NCBI RefSeq assembly: GCF_037042905.1
Contig: NW_026974140.1
Span: 1,428,001-1,492,000 of the forward strand
Origin: Lytechinus pictus
Taxonomy: Eukaryota
Direction: 5' to 3'
Length of the DNA: 64,000 nucleotides
Shown here: positions 24,047-37,384 of the stretch, in pieces
Layout: the number at the start of each line of letters is the position of its first letter
How positions within the stretch are numbered: position 1 is the stretch's first letter
Notes under the pieces: model-generated
The model's input: only the letters and a program-made list of their open reading frames with translations
Databases searched by the model: none
What the model was told of the DNA's origin: nothing
Made by a program: the position numbers and the translations under genes

Positions 24047-26056
24047 TTAAATTTGCTCTTGCAGTGGATGCCTACATTGTAAACAAGTGCCAGAACTGAC
24101 CTTTCTTGTGATCGGTCAAACTGCGCACTAAAGCTGTGCTAACAAAAGCGGCAAAATTAAAGACGATCAACATATAAACAGCTATACATATTTTCGACAC
24201 TGATCAGTGCACTGCTGATCGTGTTTGTGTTCAGTGTTTTCTAATTGAGTTTTCAGTCATGATTCATGTTGCTGTTTAAATTTGGAAATCGACATTGAAC
24301 ACCCCCTTAGTTATTTGCATGCATGATACCTGATGCTTTATAGCCAAATGATATTTATCACTCTTCTGTCAGCTCCCTCACTGTTGCCATGGCTTACCAC
24401 ACACAATACTGTTCATAATTATGTACACTAAAAGCTCTGTGTGAATTCATCCATGGGCGCACATAATATGTCTGCACATATCATTTCCCTCTCTCTTCAT
24501 TGCTGGTAGTATAAATGCAGACTGAAATATGAATCTACATACATGTACTACATGTATTGTGCTCATAAAACCAGGAAGTACATTCCATATAGAATTTGAG
24601 ATTTATCATGCTCTGTATTTGAATCTATATAAAAACGTAAGTATCGCATCCATTTATTTAAAAAAAATGACTAGTGCATGAGTAGCTCTATTAGGGCACC
24701 TTCCTGGTTCAGAAATGCTGTGTGTATACATACATAATTTTGTGTTTGCTGTAAAATATAATCTATACATTTAACAGTAGAGATATAGTTCTTTGTATCA
24801 ATGTGCATCACAGGATGGAATTCTTGTAGCTGAAATTATTTAAACACTGTGATAAATATTGCACTTTGTTCACACTTTTTCATTTGAAATTATTCTCTTC
24901 AAAAGAACAATGATATGCCTCAGATTTCTGTTATCAAGTGATGTTGAGAACAGAAATGAGAATGATTCTTGTAATGGGACTGGATGGGCCGGTTGTACTC
25001 ACACATCACACAGATTCCATGGGAAATTGACTGATTAATACCGTATGTACCGGAGTTGGGACATGGGGAAAAAAAACATCTTAAGGTCTGCACTCTTTGA
25101 CTGATCATGAATTAGATCTCATCATTTGGAGAATTAATGTTTGCCTGGTAGTTGTTGATGAATTAGATTCATTTTACATTATATTGTCCCAATATTGCCC
25201 AGCTGGGCCGCCGAGTCAGAGATTTCAGGTGGCCCAATGCAGTCTCCAGTGTCTCCAATGCATACACTTCATCCTCATCTCTTATAAAAAGTTTGGTGTC
25301 TCAGAATGTTGTTGTGTTGCATGCATGTGGAAGGTATGATAGCTATTCAGGGGCACGGAACGGTTTTCAAAGTGGGGGGGGGGGGGTGCTGACCATGCAA
25401 AAAATCACAATCATATGGTCTTGTTTACGTTTTTGTACACGGTTTTGGAAAAAACTGCTCCCGCTTCCGCTCCCCCTGCTGTTATGTGGATTGCAATGCG
25501 ACCCTGCCTCCTCAATTTTTAAATCTGTTTCAAAGAGGTTGTGCACACCAAAGGGAAGTACATTTCTTCAGGGTCTAAATCTTTGTACTGCAATGTTTCA
25601 TTACTTTTATTCTTTATTTCTTTGCAATACTTCTTGTAAATATTATGAGTTTCATGGTATTTCTCAATAAAGAAAAGGTTTGATTTCTCCCTGAACATGG
25701 GAGATCCTTGCTTTAATGCGATTTTATGTCCTTATTGTTGAATCTGCAAAAAGTGAAATGTTGTAATACAGAGAATAATATCATTGACTTCCTCATTTGA
25801 ATATCCAATTGTTGTACATATTTTACTGTTAGTGTTATGTGAAGAAAAAAGTGTCACACATCATTTTTTCCTCCTGATTCTGATGAAATTTTCAGTGTTA
25901 TGCTTTTATATAGATTTATAAGTGTTGGTTTTTCTATATTTACTCGAATTGAAATACTGTTTTCCTAGCTATCACTTCATACAAGTCATGTAACTCATAA
26001 TGTGCATGTTATTTGTATTATCATTTTTAATCATTTTAAGGACATAAAATTGAAGA

Positions 26057-26156
26057 ATGGAGAGGGGACTGTCACAGCTACATGTACTAGCAGTTATCCT
26101 TTACCTTGGGTGTCTTGCTAGCCAAAGTCAGCAGGATGTTTTAACCTGCAGTATGG
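26057..26156 (+). CDS. Semaphorin-like gene, first coding exon (signal peptide MERGLSQLHVLAVILYLGCLASQSQQDVLTCSM)
   Basis: Acceptor TTTTAAG| at 26040, ATG at 26057, hydrophobic leader, donor |GTAAGT at 26157, phase 1. Confidence 0.75.
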
Positions 26157-26609
26157 GTAAGTATAAACTACATGTACATGGTTGAGGGTAAACAAGGAGA
26201 ATGAGGGCCAAGGGCTATCCCCTTCCCCCCTGTAAACATTTGTGGCCATCGGATTGTAACTTGTAAGAGCTGTAGATTGCCAGTGGTCCAAAGCCATGAA
26301 TTTGGTGGTATAACGGCATGGTATAAATGGGCAAAAATCATTAAAAAATGCACTACCCGGTACATGTATGTATCAGAAGTCCAACCCAAATAAAAATTAG
26401 TTTTTATAGTAAAAAGAAAAATCAGACAATTTGATAGGTGAAAAGTTGAACAATATCGTACTTAAGTTATGAATTTTTAAAAGAACAATATTGGTAATCA
26501 CTATAACCACGGAGACTGTTCATGTATAAGGCAAGGACTACTCTTCCATTTACTCCTGTACATAGATTGGCAAAAATGTCATTTTTCCTAAAGTTTTCTT
26601 TCAAATTAT

Positions 26610-27808
26610 CCTGGGGGGGGGCACTTACATGTACATTGACAAGTGGATACCATGCGTGACCAAAAAACATAAAAAGGATGTCTTTTTCAAGTAGGGCATG
26701 TTATGTACGTAACGTAAAAAGGGTGTCAAAAACACTAAAATAATGAAAAAATGGTATCTATTTCCCTAGGAAAGCTACGTGTTTAGGGTCAAATTTGCGA
26801 GAGTATGAAAAATTAAGACTAAATTTTTTTTTAATATAAAGGATGTACTTTTTGCCCCAACAGTCAACACTACTTGTTTGGAGTATGATTTGCGCGAGGT
26901 GTGGGAGGTGGGGCCGTACTAAACCCAATTATGTAAGTAAAGGTAAAACCGACATCCTTAACATTTATAACAATAAAAATATTGCATGTATACTTGTTTA
27001 GGGGTTCAATTCAGGGATTACTTGCCAATAGAATCGTTTTGTTTCCAATACTTGTTAAGGGTAGGGTTTCACAGGCCAATACTTGTTAAAGGACAAGTCC
27101 ACCTCAACATGAAGTCGATTTGAATAAAAAGAGAAAAATCCAACATGCAATACACTGAAAACTTCATCAAAATCGGATGTAAAATAAGAAAGTTATGATA
27201 TTTTAAAGTTTTGCTTAAATTTCACAAAACAGTTATACTCAAATCCTGGTTGGTATGCAAATTAGGAGACTGATGACGTCATCCACTCACTATTTCTTTT
27301 GTATTATATTACATGAAATATGAAATATTCTAATTTCTCCTCATTGTCAAGTGAAACAACAATTGATTCCTCTATGAACATGTGGAACTAGCATTGCTTA
27401 AAACCATATGATTCAGTCAAGTACATGTAGGTCCCTATTGTCAAATCTGTAATAAATCAAATATTGTATCATTCAAACAATAAAAAAAAAAAGAAATAGT
27501 GAGTGACGGACATCATTTACTTTCTCATTTGCATGTCACTGAATTGTGCATATCACTGTTTTGTGAAAAATATAAGTGAAACTTTAAAATGTCATAACTT
27601 TCTTATTTTACATCCGATTTTGATGAAATTTTGAGCGTTATGCTCGTTTGATTTTTCTCTATTCAAATCAACATTTTTTTGGGGTTGACATGACCTTTAA
27701 GGGGTGCATTTTCAGGATATGGAAAATACTTGTTTAGGGTGCTTTTCGAGACCCCATTTTCACGCATGGTATCCACTCGTCAATGGAAGTGCCCCCCCCC
27801 TCCCCCCG
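26610..27808 (+). mobile_element. Unclassified TIR MITE with CCC..G-run / C-run..GGG ends (family C), interrupted by a Kolobok-like MITE
   Basis: CATTGAC(A/G)AGTGGATACCATGCG / CGCATGGTATCCACTCGTCAATG inverted ends; homologous to 31465-32004. Confidence 0.75.
27090..27696. mobile_element. Kolobok-like MITE, family B, nested in family C
   Basis: TTAA on both sides; the host reads continuously ACTTGTTAAGGGGTGC once it is removed, as at ~31888-31903. Confidence 0.85.
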
Positions 27809-27809
27809 A

Positions 27810-28313
27810 GCAGAGCGAGACTATAGGCACTGCTTTTCTGATGGACATAAGAACAATCAAGTATCCTTGAACATCCTGTGCTAGTTTCAGGTCAAATATC
27901 CACAAACTTTGGTAATGTTGGGAGTATTTGTGGAATTGTCATCATTACTTTAAAAGTCTATGGATCTAGTTCTTAAAACTTGGACATAAGAGCAGCAATG
28001 TATCCCTGAATACCCTGTGTGCATTTCAGGAACATGGCCAAAATCAAAGGTCATTTAAAGGTCAATGATCTCTGGTCGTGTTGGGAGTATTTGTTGAATT
28101 GGCATCATAATCAAGTATGAATGATTGTTTTGCACCTGTCTCAGGTCACATGATAATGGTCAAAGGTCATTTTGGGCTTATGGACATAATAGTCAATTAT
28201 CATATTAGTGTTTTCTTTTGTAAATAATTATTAATTAGCTGTTTTAAAAGGAAGCTCTGTTGCTATATCGAATTACGTAATGCAGGCAAGACTACCAAAG
28301 GTGTTCCACTTGT
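27810..28313 (+). mobile_element. Degraded Helentron-associated (HINE-like) element
   Basis: GCAGAGCGAGACTATAGGC start, CAAAGGTCA units, TTCCACTTGT end. Confidence 0.65.
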
Positions 28314-29122
28314 TCAAAATACTACCTGGGCTATATTTAGATTACTGCTCCAGGGGAATGGATGCTTAGTAGAAAACATAACCTATGACTTATTTTTGTT
28401 TTTTTCTTTTCATGAATGGATATGAAATGATTTGTCTGTTGATGTACAAAAGGTGCAATAAAAACCATTTTCAATTTTTGAGAAAATGACATTTCATTGG
28501 GTTTTTACGCTATGTGCAAAAGCTGCTGGCATATGACATCACAAATCACATAATTAAAAGTCTAATAACTTTTAATTCTTTGATGGATTTTTCTCAAACC
28601 TCCGGCAATACTTTTAAGTATTTTTTCTGCTATTTTTACAATAAACTTTTTTTTTAGGGTGAACTTCCCCTTTAAGTACTGATTACATGTAAGTGTTTAT
28701 AGGTCTTATTATCACATGATGTTACATCAAAAATTTTAATAAAAATTATTTGTAAAATATCAAAGAAAGTTACGACGTTTTTAAATTTTTCCATGATATT
28801 TTTCACAATGATATGCACAGCATGCTTGCAAATCATTTTTGTGTGTTTGGGAAGGACTCCCCTTTAATAATTTTACCACTTTAGTTTGCATGTACATGTA
28901 CTTGTGTTTGATATTGAATAAACAATAATGCAACGACTAAACTTTTATATTTCCTTTAATAATTATATAATAATAATGAATACCACAATGATAACTTTTT
29001 CTTTTTAATTTTTTTCTTGGGAAAATTGTTAGTTTAAATTTCTTAGAGTGTCTGATCATGGCTCCCCTTTCTCCTTTGATTAAAAATGAATAGGACACAT
29101 TTTATTTTCTCTTCATGTACAG

Positions 29123-29259
29123 AAAATGATTTATCATCAAATGGAGTGAATGGACAGGATGTCAGAATCATCGATGGATCTCCTGTGCAAGATCTTATTT
29201 TGCTTGGAAGCAGGCAGACTTTGAATTTCATAGATCGAGATAGCACTGTCTTGACTGCG
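29123..29259 (+). CDS. Semaphorin-like gene, coding exon 2 (ENDLSSNGVNGQDVRIIDGSPVQDLILLGSRQTLNFIDRDSTVLTA)
   Basis: Polypyrimidine tract + ACAG| acceptor, |GTATGT donor; phase 1 to 0, in frame with exon 1. LILLGSRQTLNFI resembles the Sema-domain LYVGARxxLxxL motif. Confidence 0.75.
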
Positions 29260-29291
29260 GTATGTATAAATTTTGTCAAAGGAATATTTAA

Positions 29292-30829
29292 AGGGATGAT
29301 CCGGTCTGAAAATATTGGTATCTTAATACATAGGGTAGAATTCACTGAGCAAAATGCCAAAAATTTTATCAGAATTGGATAACAAATAATAAAGTTATTG
29401 AAGTTTAAAGTTAAGCAATATTTTGTGAAAACAGTCGTCATGAATATTCATTAGGTGGGCTGATGATGTCACATCTCCACTTTCCGTTTTCTTATGTTAT
29501 TACCTAAAATCATAATTTTTTCACTAATTCATACTTGTGTGAATAATATGTCTCCCTTATAATGAAATAAGTTGCAGCAATAAATATCTAATGCACTAAA
29601 TCAGTTGTCAATCCAATTTTTGTCTCACCTGCATAGCAGAGTGAGACTATAGGCGCCGCTTTTCCGACGGCGGCGGCGGCGGCGGCAGCGTCAACACCAA
29701 ATCTTAACCTGAGGTTAAGTTTTTGAAATGACAGCATAACTTAGAAAGTATATGGACCTAGTTCATGAAACTTGGCCATAAGGTTAATCAAGTATTACTG
29801 AACATCCTGCCTGAGTTTCATGTCACATGACCAAGGTCAAAGGTCATTTAGGGTCAATGAACTTAGACCATGTTGGGGGAATCAACATCAAAATCTTAAC
29901 CTAAGGTTAAGTTTTTGAAATGTCATCATAACTTAGAAAATATATGGACCTAGTTCATGAAACTTATACATAAGGTTAATCAAGTATCACTGAACATCCT
30001 GCATGAGTTTCACATCACATGACCAAGGTCAAAGGTCATTTAGGGTCAATGAACTTTGGCCGAATTGGGGGTATCTGTTGAATTACCATCATAACTTTGA
30101 AAGTTTATGGATCTGATTCATGAAACTTGGACATAATAGTAATCAAGTATCACTGAACATCCTGTGCGAGTTTCAGGTCACATGATCAAGGTCAAAGGTC
30201 ATTTAGGGTCAATGAACTTTGGCCAAATTGGGGTATTTGTTGAATTACAGCCATAAATTTGAAAGTGTGTTGGTCTAGTTCATAAAACTTGGACATAATA
30301 GTAATCAAGTATCACTGAACATCCTGTGCGAGTTTCAGGTCACATGATCAAGGTCAAAGGTCATGTAAGGTCAAAGAACTTTGGCCACGTTGGGGGTATT
30401 TGTTGAATTGCCATCATATCTCTATAAGTGTATTGGTCTAGTTCATAAAACGTGGAAATAAGAGTAACCAAGTATCACTGAACATCTTGTGCGAGTTATA
30501 GTAGTTTTCAAAATCAGCACTGCTGCTATATTGAATCGCGTGATGCAGGTGAGACGGCCAGAGGCATTCCACTTGTTCTAGTTCTTGGAGGAAAAAATTT
30601 GAATAAACCTAATTTCATATAATAAAATATAAAAGAACAAGTGGAGATGTGACATCATTAGCCTAGCTAATGAATATTCATGACGACTGTTTTCACAAAA
30701 TATTGCTAAACTTTTAAATTCAATAACTTTGTTATTTGTTATCCAATGTTGATGAAATTTTCGGCATTTTGCTCAGTGAATTCTACTCTATTTATTAAGC
30801 TATACATACTTTCAGCCTGGACCATCCCT
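29292..30829. mobile_element. Kolobok-like MITE, family D, hosting a HINE
   Basis: TTAA TSD; TIR AGGGATG(A/G)TCC; long inverted arms. Confidence 0.85.
29620..30576 (+). mobile_element. Helentron-associated non-autonomous element (HINE/DINE-1-like)
   Basis: Inserted in a T-run without TSD; subterminal IR GTCTCACCTGCAT / ATGCAGGTGAGAC; (CGG)n microsatellite; ~160-190-bp internal tandem units; CCACTTGT end. Confidence 0.8.
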
Positions 30830-31464
30830 TTAAAGATTAAGATTTCTTGACATTACGCTTTATTTCAATAATCATTGTGGTACTTGTAGAATCAATAAAC
30901 AGCTGTCGACAGAAGCTTGGAAAATATTGAGGTGTAAAGTCTAAAGTTCGCCACTCTGCATTTTCTATTAAAGGAGGTTTACCCTGACAATGAGTTTGTT
31001 TTGATAAAAACATAAAGTACAGAAAAACACCAGTGATAATTTGATGAAAATCTGTCTAACAAAGTTAGGAATTTTCTTAGTTCTGATTTTGTGATGTCAC
31101 AGCCAAGCAACTCCTTACATGTACATATATGTCTTGTGATGCGTCTCTCGCAGTCTCACCTGCATTACTTAATTCAATATAGCACCAGTGCTAACTTTAA
31201 AATGATTATTCACAAAAAAAAATCATATAAAGATACAATACTACGTTCATTGACCCTCAATGACATTTGACCTTGATCATGTGACCTTAAAGACTTGTCA
31301 ATGATACTTGATTACCCCCATGTCAACATTTCATAAACTGCCCTACCCAATCCATTCTTCCTTCTAATTTTTCTTGATTTCTTTCTTTCTCCTTTCATTA
31401 TTATCAATTTTTGTTCTTGATTGAAGATGTTTTTTTTTTTTTATATGTATATATTCGTTGTAAT

Positions 31465-32004
31465 CCCAGGGGGCCACTTCCATTGACGAGTGGAAACATT
31501 GCGTGACCAAGAAAAAACGTAAAAAGGATCTCTTTTTCAAGATAGGGCATGTTATGTATGTAACGTAATAAGGGTGTCAAAAACACTAAAATAATGAAAA
31601 AAGGGTATATATTTCGCTAGGAATACGTGTTTACGGTCCAATTTGTGAGGGTATAAAAAGACTAAAATATCTTTTTGCCCCGAAACTACATGTACGTGTT
31701 TAGGGTACGATTTGAGCTAGGTGTGTGGGGTGGTACTAAACCCTATAGAAGTAAACGTAAAGCCGGCGCCCGTGACATAACAATTAAGATATCATTGTAC
31801 TTGGTTAGGGGGTCAATTCAGGAAATACTTGCCAAGGGTACCGTATTGTTTCCAATACTTGTTAAGGGTAGGGTTTCACATGCCTATACTTGTTAAGGGG
31901 TGCATTTTCAGAACAAGGAAAATACTTGTTCAGGGTGCTTTTCGAACCCCATGGTCACGCGTGGTATCCACTCGTCAATGGAATTGCACCCCCCCCCCCC
32001 CGGG
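31465..32004 (+). mobile_element. Family C TIR MITE, complete copy
   Basis: CCCAGGGGGCCACTTCCATTGACGAGTGG...CCACTCGTCAATGGAA...CCCGGG; TSD TTGTAAT (31458-31464 / 32005-32011). Confidence 0.85.
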
Positions 32005-32397
32005 TTGTAATGTATTATGTGATATAAAGTCCACCCAATTCAGCTTTAGGCTGCCATGTGGTTTTTAACATATACCTTATCAAATCTAATCAAATCAAAT
32101 TGCAGTTACATGTATGTGTCATAAGAGTCTTGCACATAAACTTTAACATTGACTTCAACTTCTCTACAGCTATCTTTCTTTCTTTCACACACACCCACAC
32201 ACAGAGATGGGGAGGGGTCAATTTGTTTCTGAAGTCATGACCTTACGTGGCTTCTTCTTTGTCTCCCAAAAGTTTCATTGGCCATTGATTGTCCAATCAC
32301 ATATCGGCGCAAGTCAGCTACATGGAGTTGTGTGTGTGTATACTTTCTGTTTTAAGCACACATACATGCAACCATTATATTCACCTATGCATACAAC

Positions 32398-33250
32398 CAT
32401 GGACCTATTACGAATGGACATTCAACGAATCCCCTCCTTTGACACAAAGACCGTCGCCGCTAATCCTTTTATAAACAGAGCGCTGGCAGCTGACACCCAT
32501 CAAGCCGGTCGTAAAAAACGCTCTCACCATGTTCTCACTGATGGACAGCGGAAATAAATTGTACGCTGCTCCTACACATTGCGATGTTGTTCGTTCACTT
32601 TATCAACAGCAACGCACAGCAGCGAACGTTAGCGCTATGAAAATGATAGCAGAAACAAGAAAACAGGCGTGCATAAACGTATTTTTTACGTACATCGCTA
32701 ACAACCGGAAATGAAATGCATTGACATCACCTTGCAGATCCGTATATCTATGGCAAAAAAGCACTTGAAATTCGACGAAAAAATCTGCGAAAAAACATTA
32801 AAATTTCATCTTTTTCGGACAGTATTGATGTCGCTAGTAGCGCTTACCTTCGGTCAGAAGTTGATTTTCATTTGGGCATAAAATTCCACAGGATTGATGA
32901 AATTTAACAGGATTTTTTTTTGATGGACAGACGACAATCGCACATTATAGACAGCATAAAATAATGTACTGAAAACCGGATATGAATTGCGCATTGCATT
33001 CTAGGTAATGTAGGGACTTTACCTTTTGGCAATCGGGGCTAAAACATGACCGCCTTTGGTCGAAAGAGGGCCAGTGATCGATCGGTGACGATCAATGGGC
33101 GAAAGGAGCTTGTGTAAACAATCGCCCCGGGCGGTGGTCGTAAAAACCGCGTAAAGGGAAAGTTAAGGGTTAGACAGCGATTTTGACAGCTGGAAACAGG
33201 TGGTGGTCATAAAATACTCTCGTTGAATGTCCATTCGTAATAGGTCCATG
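32398..33250. mobile_element. Non-autonomous P-element-like DNA transposon (853 bp)
   Basis: Perfect ~31-bp TIR CATGGACCTATTACGAATGGACATTCAACGA; 7-bp TSD ATACAAC. Confidence 0.85.
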
Positions 33251-33838
33251 ATACAACATACATGTACATTGTGTCTTGAGGGCATGCGAGGGCGGGTGGG
33301 ATAAAAATTCTCGTACCTCTTTCAGGTTGGTGTTTCACAGTGAATGCGATACCATCATTGTTTATTTTGACAAATTTAATTGCTAACCGTTTATAAACCT
33401 GTATCAAGTAATTAAAATCAATTGTTGTCATTTCGTTACTATTACTTGAGTATTTGAGTTATCCCAAGTGTCTAATCGGGGTCTGCCGAACATTCAATTA
33501 GTGTAAATTTTGCTAATCGAATACTTGATAAATCATGGTATAGGAACTTGTATTCAGGTAATTTATGGTTTCATCAACCCATTCTACATTTAACTGTCTA
33601 CATACATGTACAATGTAATATACCTTTGAAGTTACCCAGCCTAACAATTTTACTCTTGTTCACATTGATTTTGAAATCTTGAGATTTTTTCAGTTTCCGG
33701 TTTAAATCCGAATTATTATGTTTTTAATGAAGGATGAAGATGAAAAGTTCAACCAGAAAGTGAAGATCTAGAGTGAGACATGCACATTTAAATTTTTTTT
33801 TTTAAATGTCTTTTTACATGTAATTTTTTTATTTCTAG

Positions 33839-33898
33839 AATATTGGGGTATGCTACAGTACAGCAGCACACAGTTGCTACCAAGCCGGAACTAATGAG
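33839..33898 (+). CDS. Semaphorin-like gene, coding exon 3 (NIGVCYSTAAHSCYQAGTNE)
   Basis: TTTCTAG| acceptor, GAG|GTAAGT donor, 60 nt, phase 0-0. CxxxG at the exon end matches the semaphorin CxxKG motif that precedes the CxNYI exon. Confidence 0.7.
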
Positions 33899-35327
33899 GT
33901 AAGTAAGGATTATGGACACTATACAGTATTAAAGGGAGCCCATCTTTAACCCTATCTAGGCAGGGGTATTTTGGGAGTTCATATGGGGGGGGGGGGCATC
34001 CCAGTGAATTTAGTGCAAGGGAAATTTAATGTTACAAAATGTTGATTTTTGCATTAAAATTCACATATTGCCTATCACAATATGAAATTTGTATCAGAAG
34101 CATATTTGTTGGCAAGATACAAGCTCAGTATTGTATCTAACTCCTAAAAAGCAAAAATAATTATATGAAGTATATTTCAGAAAAAAGTAGATATTCAAAA
34201 TTTTCAAAACTGGATGTCGTGTCACTCACGTTTTAAATACATTAAGTTTTCTACAGCTGTGTACTCAGAAAATTAATTTATCTCAGTACAGGAGCAAATA
34301 CAGTTTTCCCATACCTTATTGCATATAAAGTAACTTGGTCCAATGTGTGAACCCTATAGCACCTACAGATTCGTATGCATAATGGCAATTACTCACTGGA
34401 GGAAACAATAAAGCTGGTAATAAGTAGGCATTGTTCCAAACAAATTGAAATAGCTTTTTATAAATTTACTTTTGTTCATTACAAGTTATATTTATTTTGT
34501 AGCATAGGACCTGTTGAATAGAATGGTACATGGCAAAGTTCAATCAGATGTACGAATATTGACCTTTGACAATCGTTTGCAGAGCGAGAAGAAAAAAAAC
34601 AAAAGTTCGGGTTTCAGCCGCCCCAGTCCCACGCCTTCAAAAAAATGTAAAGTATCACTGACAGAATACTAAAGTTTTCGCCAAATCTTGGATCAATTAT
34701 GTCAAAAATTAATTCGAACTCACATCTAGATGTCACTCTGTGTGATATCCAACGTTTTGATGAACATATATCAACGCCCGAGCTTCTTCGGCGAAGTAAG
34801 TGGTTTTCTGATACATGGACGCAGCCATCTTTGCTGAGATCGACTGCGCAACAGTCTGGAACTTGCTACACACCGATGCATGTCAATCGGTTTTTCTCTA
34901 TTATACTCAATAGAAGCATACACTTTTCTATGCAGATCTATATAGCAGCCAACCTATACGGTATGCACACGCAATATTACCACGGTAAATCATAGACAAG
35001 AGATACTATAGCGCAAAGAAAATGTACGGGCGGTTAAGGGCGGTTCAGTGTGTAATAGGAAGGGCGGTCTCGGGCGGTTCAGGTGCTAAAGGGTTAAGGT
35101 TCAGCTAAAATTAGCTGTTAAAGTTGTGTCATGTCACTCACAATGTTGTGTCACTCACGGTCTCATATTGTGTATAAAAAAGGACTTAAAATAAGTTTTG
35201 AAGCATTTTATTAGATAAATTCAGGGATGGAGTCAAAATGTTGTTCCTGACATCATTTAGGCCTATGTAAGGCTACCGTAATATTTTACGGTAATATTGT
35301 TTCCATTTCCCAACTTTCCCCTTTTCT

Positions 35328-36032
35328 GACGGCGGCGGCGGCGTCAACATCAAATCTTAACCTAAGGTTAAGATTTTGAAATGACATCATAACTTAGAAA
35401 GTATATGGACCTAGTTCATGAAACTTGGCCATAAGGTTAATCAAGTATTACTGAACATCCTGCCTGAGTTTCATGTCACATGACCAAGGTCAAAGGTCAT
35501 TTAGGGTCAATGAACTTTGGCCGAATTGGGGGTATCTGTTGCATTACTATCATAACTTTGAAAGTATGTTGGTCTAGTTCATAAAACTTGGACATAAGAG
35601 TAATCAAGTATCACTGAACATCCTGTGCACATGTTAGGTCACATGACCAAGGTCAAAGGTCAATTAACTTTGGCCATAATAGGGGTATATGTTGAATTGC
35701 CATCATAACTTTGAAAGTTTATCGATCTGACTCATGAAACTTGGGACATAAGAGTAATCAAGTTTCGCTGAATATCCTGTGCGAGTTTTATGTCACATGA
35801 TCAAGGTCAAAGGTCATGTAAGGTCAATGAATTTTGGCCACACTGGGGGTATTTGTTGAATTTCCAACATATCTCTGTATTAAAGTGTATTGGTCTAGTT
35901 TATAAAACATGGACATAAGAGTAACCAAGTATCACTGAACATCTTGTGCGAGTTATAGTAGTTTTCAAAGTCAGCACTGCTGCTATATTGAATCGCGTGA
36001 TACAGGTGAGACCGCCAGAGGCATTCCACTTG
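35328..36032 (+). mobile_element. 5'-truncated HINE-like element
   Basis: Same units as 29620-30576; ends CAGGTGAGACCGCCAGAGGCATTCCACTTGT. Confidence 0.8.
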
Positions 36033-37384
36033 TCTTTCCTCTCCATGGTCGCCTCGGTTTCAAAAATCCTGACAACTTTCCATTCGTGTGAAGACTCGGA
36101 TCATGATTCATATTTTGATGATGCACTGAGATTAAGAATTCAACAACATAATCAACACAAAATTATGAATATAACAAGAGAAAAACTGCTATACATTGTA
36201 ATGAACATATTTACAGTGCATAAAGAGTTGGTAATGGTTCAAGTCATACAGGTATGATTTGAACATGGAAGGATTGAGGGCGCTTTGAAGATAATGTAGA
36301 AGGATTTTTCTCGCTCCGACAAAATCTCTCCAAATCCACAATAACGGACCTTCTCTGAACTACTTCTCAGCATCATATATTATCTGATTGACTGAATTTG
36401 TCGTTTCTTATGTGTCGATCAGTGAAAAAAAATACATGGGAGCGCTGAGCGATTTCGCTCTCGTAAGCTTTGAAATCGCACTTGCAAACCCAATAGAGAG
36501 AGCGATCGGGAAAAAAAAAATCGCTCCCGTGATCTTGTGTACAGTAACTAGCTCGGCCATACGTCCGCTGTCTTCCCTTCGTGCGTGGGTTATAACGTGC
36601 ATGTAATGTACCATTCACATTCACAAAGCTCAGCGCAGTGAGCGCATTAGTACAGTACGTACGGTAGATGAAAAAATGGCAGCCGTGTGTTGCTGCCCTC
36701 TACGTTCAATGAGGTGTGGTTTTATCAAGGCTTTCCGATTAGAATTTTCGATATCCTGGCGAATCAATGCGAGAGACAAGTTCCGAACACACGCACGTAG
36801 ATTACAAGCGCGAAGCAGCGGCACAAATCGCGATATATAGCGACTGGTAAATACGTCTGTAAGGATGATGACGTCATCCAAGATGGCAACTTACGTTGAC
36901 CAACGAAAGGATCGAAGATGACAATGTTTCGATATCATTTGAAAGGAATTAGCGGTAACTGCGGTCGGAGTACCTTTAGAATCCAATGTCATGTTATAAT
37001 CGATTATGAGAGCAATTGCCTACTAATTGCTGCTGCCGGTGTGGTGCGATATCAGTTTTGTCGCCCTCTACGTTCGTGAGTGAATTAAGAGTCCCCGGCG
37101 ACAAGCAGGAATCGGATCGATCGGGAGATGGATAAAGGATGGGGGGAGGGGGCAGATGGGGGAGGGGGGATGGCCCCGTAGAGGGAGTACACGACTTGTC
37201 CAATGTGGTGGATGTAGTAGGAGAGAGTGAAGTAATGGCAGGTGATATAATAATCAGAGGACTTAAAAAGGGATGATATATATGAAGGGATCAAAGAGGG
37301 GGCGCGTGATCGAGGACACGTGCAATGGTATATAATTATGTTGATGATGTTGTTTAAGGAATGATATACGTTGATATCTATATA

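Noticed and set aside
24920..25330. Possible ancient LINE RT remnant on the - strand
   Set aside because: Only a faint DT.L-like motif; too degraded to support.
33947..35097. TTAA-CCC...GGG-TTAA as a single piggyBac-like element
   Set aside because: The two ends do not match beyond CCCT; probably fragments of two families.
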